DNA of 64,000 nt from Octopus sinensis (Eukaryota). This document shows, piece after piece, positions 55,882-64,000 of this stretch. Numbering within the stretch: position 1 is the first letter of the stretch; each line of letters begins with the position of its first letter. The stretch covers positions 31,558,001 to 31,622,000 of the forward strand of contig NC_043002.1 in NCBI RefSeq assembly GCF_006345805.1, read 5' to 3'. The notes under the pieces were generated by a model. The model was not told the DNA's origin, did no database searches, and saw only the letters and a program-made list of their open reading frames with translations. Both the position numbers and the translations under genes were made by a program.

Positions 55882-57799
55882 TAAACAGTAAACATAATTA
55901 CAGACATGGACAAGAACATGAAACACCACAGAGACGACACAAGAACCAGGACGGGACATTCGAAGCCCTCAGTCATCAGTCAAGACCAGATCATCTATAG
56001 CAATTTCGGCTGATTAATCTGAGATTGCTCCGATATGGCCAGCCCGCCAGGGAAATCTAAGCCAAGCGCATTAGATCCCCTGGAAGAAAGCTTCGAATGT
56101 ATACAACGCGAGGACGGAAAACGAACGAAGTACACAAACAAAAATACAGAATACGTGACACCAATAAGAATACAAAAACGTAAAACAATAACGGTAAAAA
56201 TAAAAATAAATAAACAACAAAACAAAACCAGGACGTAGGACAAGGGTCTTTCGACAGGACGAGTTGAGTATGGGGCTGGCTTGTGAAGTTGTGCCTAATG
56301 GCCACGGGGAGACGAACAAATACGTGTTGCTTCTGCGGCTGCTGAAAACGAAAAGAGCGCTCAACAGCGGCTAGCGGTCACGTGAGAACAAAAGACAGGA
56401 GAAAGGGACAGATGAAAAGAGAGAGAAGGTGGACGAGGGAGGAGAAGAAGAGAACAGATCGAGGGGGCTGGAGGTGAGAGAGATAGATAGAAACGTAGAA
56501 GGGGGGAGACGGATGGAGAGGGAAGAAAGGAAGGGGAATAAGGGAGGAGAGAGAGAGAGAAAAAGAGACAGATAAGAGTCGTATCAATGCTAGAGAAAAA
56601 ATACTTATCGTATAAGGACAATTGTGGATACGTAGCCGCCGATTATATAGGTAAACAGTAAAAATAATTACAGACATGGACAAAACATGAAACACCACAG
56701 AGACGACACAAGAACCACAGGACGGGACATTCGAAGCCCTCAGTCATCAGTCAAGAACCAGATCATCTTAGCAATTTCGGCTGATTAATCTTGAGATTGC
56801 TCCGATATGGCCAGCCCGCAAGGGAAATCTAAGCCAAGCGCATTAGATCCCCTGGAAGAAAGTTCGAATGTATAAACGCGAGGACGGAAAACGAACGAAG
56901 TACACAAACAAACAAAACGAATACGTGACACCAATAAGAATACAAAAACGTAAAACAATAACGGTTAAAAATAAAAAATAAATAAACAACAAAACAAAAC
57001 CAGGACGTAGGACAGGGTCTTTCGACAGGACGAGTTGAGTATGGGGCTGGCTTGTGAAGTTGTGCCTAATGGCCACGGGGAGACGAACAAATACGTGTTG
57101 CTTCTGCGGCTGCTGAAAACGAAAAGAGCGCTCAACAGCGGCTAGCGGTCACGTGAGAACAAAGACAGGAGAAAGGGACAGATGAAAAGAGAGAGAGGTG
57201 GACGAGGGAGGGAAAGAAGAAGAGAGACAGATCGAGGGGGCTGGAGGTGAGAGAGATAGATAGAGAAACGTAGAAGGGGGAGACGGATGGAGAGGGAAGA
57301 AAGGAATGGGAATAAGGGAGGAGAGAGAGAGAGAAAAAGAGACAGATTAAGAGTCGTATCAATGCTAGAGAAAAATATACTTATCGTATAAGGACAATTG
57401 TGGATACGTAGCCGCCGATTATATAGGTAAACAGTAAAAATAATTACAGACATGGACAAGAACATGAAACACCACAGAGACGACACAAGAACCACAGGGA
57501 GGGACATTCGAAGCCCTCAGTCATCAGTCAAGAACCAGATCATTAGCAATTTCGGCTGATTAATCTTGAGATGCTCCGATATGGCCAGCCCGCCAAGGGA
57601 AATCTAAGCCAAGCGCATTAGATCCCCTGGAAGAAAGCTTCGAATGTATCAACGCGAGGACGGAAAACGAACGAAGTACACAAACAAACTACAGAATACG
57701 TGACACCAATAAAAATACAAAAACGTAAAAAAACGTAAAAATAAAAAATAATAACAACAAAAAATAAATAAACAACAAAACAAAACCAGGACGTAGGAC
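55878..57799 (-). repeat. Tandem array of about 2.5 copies of a ~770-bp unit between microsatellites
   Basis: The unit start taggtaaacagtaaa occurs at 55878, 56648 and 57424 (periods 770 and 776). Copies differ mainly by short indels. Confidence 0.95.
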
Positions 57800-57835
57800 A
57801 CACATATACATATACATGCATATACACACGCGCAT

Positions 57836-57868
<33 letters not shown>

Positions 57869-57984
57869 TGTGTGTATAGATAGATAGATAGATAGACAGA
57901 CATTCACACACGCGCGCACACACACATATACTTATATGCATGTCGTGTTTGTATGTGTGTGTGTGTGTGTGTAAGTAATAACTG

Positions 57985-58351
57985 ACACATCCAACTTAAA
58001 GTGGATTGTTTAGATTGCCTTAACCTTCTGCTAACGTGCAGCGATACCATTTCATCTTGACGATATGTACGAATTATACTCCGACTGTATCAGCTGACGA
58101 AATGATCGCCTGCACCGGTGGATGGCATTACTATTTTACATGATTTCACCGGTGTTGTGAATCATTAGGGGCAGCCTGCTTCATAATGAATGCCAGCTCG
58201 AAAATCAGTCGAACTGATAAAGTATAATAATGGCCAAACAACTGGTGATATCTCAAACTGCCTGCGGGGCTACGAATGAATTACCTATTAGCGATATTAG
58301 CAGAGTTTGTAACAAATAAGAATTAGCACAACCACTTTAAATTGGATGTGT
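57985..58351. mobile_element. MITE-like element with 20-bp inverted ends
   Basis: acacatccaacttaaagtgg / ccactttaaattggatgtgt (19 of 20 complementary). A diverged relative lies at ~35465-35825. No TSD seen. Confidence 0.5.
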
Positions 58352-58664
58352 TGTTTAGATCGGTTTAGACTGCTGCTAAAATCTAGTTCTTGAGATAAGA
58401 CTTTACGTAATTGTTTTTCTGTAATGTACACTTTTTAACCCATGTAAATACATGCTTTAAACCTGCGTATGTTTATCCAGCTTCCTCCTTGTTTAGATAC
58501 ATACGACAGCTTTCCAAACAGTTTCTGCCGACCAAATTCTCTCAAAAAAACATTGACAGACTGAATTTATTGCGGAAGACACTTCCGCAAAGTACGTCTG
58601 CACTGAAAAGCTTGTGGTAGCAGAGGCGATCTTTACAGATCTATGTCCATGTGTATGTATATAC

Positions 58665-58754
<90 letters not shown>

Positions 58755-58796
58755 TATATATATGAGTGTGTGCGTGTGTGTGTGCGTGTGTGTGTA

Positions 58797-60495
58797 TAAA
58801 GTTAGATGAAGCCGGTTTATGGGATCACCTGGGTTTCACGGCCATAAAGCGCTTAGTTTTACGGGCTCCTTTGACGTAGCGATAGTGCCGATGTATGTGT
58901 CCTGATCTGCTTGTATATACTTTACACACTCAGGAGAAAGTTCCCCTCTGTGCACCTTGATCTCTACAGAGATGACGACCTGGCCATCTCTAGAAGCGTA
59001 AACGGGCACACTCTAGACAGGCTTAGGAAAGATCTAATTAGCACACTTAGCTCCATGGTACTGAAAATTGCCATCGAAACCAATATCACCGCCGTGTACT
59101 TCTTAGACATCACGCCCGACCTGGGGTTCGGTCGCAAGCCAAATGAGAGGCTAATGCACATCAACATAGCCTCTTGTCAACCTCTCACTCTGTTTAAAAA
59201 CCTGGTGAATGGTGTTACCAAGAGGTTCATGACCCTTTCACCCAGCCAGGAATGTTTTGATGCAGCAGCCCCCTACTATAACGAGGCTGTAGCTTCTAAC
59301 GGATTTAGGGGCCGCATATCCTACATGAAGTATTGATGAAATAATCATTTGGTTTGCCCCCCACCCTTCACTCTTAACGTAAAATCATCTGAAGGCAGCT
59401 ATATGTACGATATTCCTTAAGCTTTCACACGTTCGCAATGATACGGGCATATTTCCAACAGGCACAACCTTAGGGTCTCTTTTAGCTGTACCCCCATTAT
59501 TAAGTGCATTCTACTTAGCACCGCTAGACCACAAGCGATGGCAGGATGCTCACGCAGGGACCATAACACATGTCGAATGAGAGGTCCCTGCAAAACCAAG
59601 GAAGTCATCTATGAAATTGATGCACTAGCTGACCCTAATAGCATGAACAACTTCAGCAGCTTGCCGAACGGCTACTACAGTAGCAGGGTTGACAGTACTG
59701 ATAGTAGCAGCAGCAGAGACACGAACAGAACCAGCGGCTGCACTATCGTCAGCGATAACAACAATAACAACATCAACGATAACAATGGCAGTATCCTTAG
59801 CGGAAATAGTAGCAGAGTCATCGCCAATGATATCTATAACAGCAGTGACAGCGCCTCCATCTTCGACAAAGACCATAACAACAACAGCACCAACACCATC
59901 GCCACCTTCAATGAGACCAACGCCAACAGCACCAGTACCAACAACAGCAGTAGCAGCAACGCCAACACCAATAGATACAGCACTGCCATTCAAGTAACGC
60001 CTCTCTAACCACAGATCCTCCTTCAGGATAGCGGAAAGGAGATACGCTACGTTATTAGCCAGCCATATATGACAGCTAAAGGACGATGGGATTCCATACA
60101 CAATATCATGGAGAATCCTAGAAAATCCAGGCCCCCTACATAAACGGGACCAAGCGTTGTAAACTGTACATAGCGGAACAAGTGAAGATACCAAAAGACT
60201 CTCTCGATCCAGAACGGAGGTCTTCGGACCCTGCTTGCATTTTAGGAAATTCCTGCTGGCCTATTGGAACCCACAAAATAAAAGAGTCACTTAAGATCGA
60301 TAGCCAAAGCGAGACAGTCCCATGCTGTTGACGAGTAACGACGTCCTTTCCTCCTCCATTTTCTAGAGAGGCCGCTCGCTAGAGAGGCCATAAGCCAACA
60401 GGTTTGGGATCTGATGATAAACAGGAAAGCTAAATTCCTTATGGACGTGAAACCCAGGGTAATCTCATAAACCGGCTTTATCTAACTTTATTTAT
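58797..60495 (+). mobile_element. 5'-truncated PLE: RT, GIY-YIG, 3' UTR with hammerhead, and an inverted 3' fragment at the 5' end
   Basis: LYRDDDL, VYFLDIT, KPN, IIWF..PF, FSCTP, C..R...C.MRGPCKTKEVIYE, FK*RLSNHRSSFR, ISWRIL...KRCKL. 58797-58847 is the reverse complement of 60440-60490. Confidence 0.9.
60401..60473 (+). ncRNA. Type I hammerhead ribozyme motif in the PLE 3' UTR
   Basis: GGUUU-GGGAU-CUGAUGA-U...AGGAA(AGCUAAA)UUCCU...U-GAAA-CCC(A)GGG-UA^AUCUC-AU-AAACC. Confidence 0.75.
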
Positions 60496-60679
60496 ATAAT
60501 ATACAGCTCCATAACTTAGAGTGTGCTTCTGTTTCGGATTTACGTTTTGCCGACGATGTGTGTGTTTGTCACATATTTCAATGCTAAAAAGGAAATACAC
60601 TGCAGTCACAGTGGTGAAAAAAGCTCTCTTATTGTAAAAAGGTGTAAAAGCCCGTTTAGTGTTACCTGTCTTAGGTAAT

Positions 60680-60724
60680 TCTCATCGATAATAGCCAAAA
60701 AGCTTGAAACATCGATGTCTGAGA
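60680..60724 (+). ncRNA. Type I hammerhead-like motif with variant core UCGAUAA
   Basis: UCUCA-UCGAUAA-U-AGC(CAAAAA)GCU-U-GAAA-CAUCGAUG-UC^UGAGA, with a 10-nt palindromic stem III (ACAUCGAUGU). Confidence 0.65.
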
Positions 60725-60952
60725 TTCCTAATAGATACTGAACGGACCGGCTGTTTTTTCAGCTCTTTACCATAAGAGGGAGTTTCCACCACGGGAACGG
60801 CAGTGTATTTGCCTTTTAGCAGTTGAACTATGTTTCAAACGTATTTCAACTAACCTAAATTCTGCTCATACACAAATAATGCTTAGCGCTAATAATTTGT
60901 TATATTTAACAAAGTTGTTTAATTCCACACGAGTACAGGGATCGTTTGTGTT

Positions 60953-61140
60953 ATACTTGTTTCAGTCATTTGACTGCGGCTATGCTGGGACACCGCGTTG
61001 AAACATTCTTGTAGAGCAAATCGAGACCAGTATTTATTTTTAAAGCCTGATAATAAACTTTCGGTCTCTTTTGCCGAACCGCTATGCAACAGTGACATAA
61101 ACATTTCAATGCCGGCTGTTAAGCGGAGGTGGGGACAAAC
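60953..61140 (-). mobile_element. SINE family B tail, degenerate
   Basis: acttgtttcagtcatttgactgcggctatgctggg...ggtctcttttgccgaaccgct...ggggacaaac. Confidence 0.8.
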
Positions 61141-61279
61141 ATAGATACAAAGACATACTTTAAACATAGAGACGGACATACATACAGACGCATACATGCA
61201 CGCACACATATACATACCATACATATATACATATAAACACATAGACACACAAACACACATATTATATATATATATATAT

Positions 61280-61906
61280 ATTAAAGACACTGAAACGATG
61301 CATCGTATAAAAGATGAATTAGGGTAAATGTTTTTAATTTTCACCTTATTTCCGAATTACACTACTTGGCGGTTGGAGTTCTGGCTGCTCTTTCTGGTGG
61401 ACGAATGGCCTGTTTAGGCCATTCCTAAATTGTTATATTTATACATATTTAGTCTTTGACTATTTTCTCTTTTCCATTAGGCCGCTGGTAGCGAAAATTT
61501 TTACTGAATTTTTTGCTACCCTAAATGATTAATTGATAATTTTCTGACTAATTCTGAGATTGAATCGGCAGTTTATATTTGCTGCCGATAAGTTTGGCGC
61601 GAATGCGTTGGACTTGAAAATTTTAAGACAGATATTCCCGAGGCATTGATACAGTCGCCTCGTGTATATCCGTCTCTCCCAGGTTTCTTTTACTGATGAA
61701 GTGTGACCTATGGTAGACTAGCTTAATTTATTTAATTAAGCTGGTCTATCATTAAAGACACTGAACGATGCATCGTATAAAAGATGAATTAGGGTAATGT
61801 TTTTAAATTTTCACCTTATTTCCGAATACACTACTTGGCGGTTGGAGTTCTGGCTGCTCTTTCTGGTGGACGAATGGCCTGTTTAGGCCATTCCTAAATT
61901 GTTATA
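61280..61906 (+). repeat. Partial tandem (about 1.3 copies) of a 471-bp unit between (TA)n tracts
   Basis: 61280-61437 is repeated at 61751-61906. Confidence 0.9.
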
Positions 61907-61944
61907 TATATATATATATATACGACGGGTTTCTTTCAGTTTCC

Positions 61945-62358
61945 TTTTCTTTACTGCCTACAAGGGGCTACATACAGAGAAGACAAATAAGGACAGACTA
62001 ATGGATTAAGTCGATTATATCGACCCAAGTGCGTAACTGGTACTTATTTAATCGACCCCGAATGGATGAAAGGCAAAGTCGACCTCAGCGGAATTTGAAC
62101 CCACAACGTAACGATAGACGAAATGCCTATTTCTTTACTACCCACAAGGGGCTAAACACAGAGAGGGCAAACAAGGACAGACAAACGGATTAAGTCGATT
62201 ATATCGACCCAAGTGTGTAACTGGTACTTATTTTATCGACCCCGAAAGGATGAAAGGCAGAGTCGACGTCGGCGGAATTTGAACTCACAACGTAACCACA
62301 GACCAAATACCGCTAAGCATTTCGCCCGGCGTGCTAACGTTTCTGTCAGCTCACCGCC
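61945..62358 (-). mobile_element. Head-to-tail SINE family A dimer
   Basis: Full copy 62358-62128 fused to a headless copy 62127-61945. Confidence 0.88.
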
Positions 62359-63107
62359 TATTATGGTAAGTTTTACGACTGACTGAAAAAAAAAAAAAAA
62401 TTTAAAAGCTGTTTTAAAAAATCGGTCTCTAACAATAATAATGTAATAACAACAATGATGGGGGAAGGATCGTCACTTCTTTAGATGCATTAAATGCATC
62501 TTACTTAATTCTTAGCTCTTTTGCATTCAGGATACGATATCGATATATTTCAGCACAAATATGGAAGGCGAGATTTTACGAGATAGCAGTGAAGAAAATT
62601 TAAATAACAAACGTCTTGAATCATTTCTAGTATTATTTTCCAATTTAACATATATAAATATTTCGTTATCTTACTACTTTGAAACAGCTTGCTAATTTGC
62701 AAACTTATTAATAAAGAAACACAACCTCAACTAAGTATATCTCTTGCATGTCTTATTAGCAAATACTCATAGAATATGTGCACACCGTATCTCTTTATCT
62801 TTTGCCATTTATCTTGTATTGTTATAGCAAATTAACAGTTGATGAATGCATTTCTAATCTGATCCTTATCATTGAAATCTATATCTCTACATAAGTTTAT
62901 CTATTCAGACATCTAAATAGTATTTTAGATGAAATCGTGTTTGGATTTGTAATAAAATTAGAAAATAAACGAGACAATGATTCGTCTTTTCTATTCTGAC
63001 TTCTCGAAGTTGAACTTCTATCAAACATTATGCTAACGAGGAAGATTTTTTTCGTTGTCTCTTCATCTGCTAAAAGTAGTAACCCAAATATTCCTCAAAT
63101 CATATCA

Positions 63108-63469
63108 TTGGAAGCACTCCGTCGGTTACGACGATGAGGGTTCCGGTTGATCCGAATCAACGGAACAGCCTGCTCGTGAAATTAACGTGTAAGCGGCTGA
63201 GCACTCCACAGACACGTGCACCCTTAACGTAGCTCTCGGGGATATTCAGCGTGACACAGAGAGTGACAAGGCCGGCCCTTTGAAATACAGGTACAACAGA
63301 AACAGGAAGTAAGAGTGAGAGAAAGTTGTGGTGAAAGAGTACAGCAGGGATCACCACCATCCCTGCCGGAGCCTCGTGGAGCTTTAGGTGTTTTCGCTCA
63401 ATAAACACTCACAACCGCGATCCTATGACCGCGAGTCCGCTGTCATAACCACTGGGCCATTGCGCCTCC
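63108..63469 (-). mobile_element. SINE family E with tRNA-like head (B box deleted)
   Basis: The minus strand reads ggaggcgcaatggcccagtggttatgacagcggactcgcggtcatagg, then the body, ending ...gtcgtaaccgacggagtgcttcc. Confidence 0.7.
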
Positions 63470-63689
63470 AAGTCATATCATACCGTATTAGAAAAAGCCA
63501 TAGTTCTGTGGAAGTGGTGTGAGGTGAATGGGATGGCGCTATTTCAAGTGTGATCAAAGTGATGGCTATGTAACCATTTTTTTCCCTGCAAAGAGAAGAA
63601 GATGAAATGGCTAGAGCTATTATGACTTTGATTACATAACAGCTCGAGTCAGGGCTAAGCTTCATAACAACGACTATAAGGATAGTTCT

Positions 63690-64000
63690 TTCTACTGAAG
63701 GCACAAGACCTGCAATTTGATATTCGATCACATCGACCCCAGTACTTAAGTGGTACTTTATTTATCGACCCCGAAACGATGAAAGGCAAAGTCGACCTCG
63801 GCGGAATTTGAACTCAGAACGTAGCAACAGGTGAAATACCCATTTCTTTACTACCCACAAGGGGCTAAACACGGAGAGGACAAACAAGGACAGACAAACG
63901 GATTAAGTCGATTACATCGGCCCCATTGCATAAATGGTACTTATTCAATCGACCCCGAAAGGATGAAAGGCAAAGTCGACCTCGGTGGAATTTGAACTCA
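63690..64000 (-). mobile_element. Second head-to-tail SINE family A dimer, running off the window end
   Basis: Junction at 63840/63841 is equivalent to the one at 62127/62128. Confidence 0.85.

Noticed and set aside
56335-56372. GCUG-CUGAAAA-C-GAAA...GAGCGCUC in the array unit
   Set aside because: No stem II and no U16.1, so probably chance.
61945-64000. Recurring ~185-bp units as a possible CRISPR-like array
   Set aside because: They are whole SINE copies with no short repeat-spacer structure, and there are no cas genes in this eukaryotic context.

Overview
This is AT-rich, microsatellite-dense eukaryotic non-coding DNA. The SINE families and repeat content suggest a cephalopod, probably Octopus (inference, not verified). 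I found no intact host gene, and most ORF-track entries are translated microsatellites. The window is a patchwork of decayed mobile elements: several tRNA-derived SINE families, CR1-like, R4/Dong-like and Tx1-like LINE fragments, Tc1/mariner relics, a Helitron-like element, and Penelope-like element (PLE) remnants with RT and GIY-YIG motifs. The main unexplained signal is a set of hammerhead-ribozyme (HHR) motifs that I folded by eye. Six have the standard type I layout: three with canonical cores and three with core variants (CCGACGA, CUGUUGA, UCGAUAA). In addition, a ~770-bp tandem array carries in each unit all three hammerhead strands in a non-circularly-permuted order. No ribozyme activity is demonstrated, and element boundaries are approximate unless a TIR or junction is quoted.
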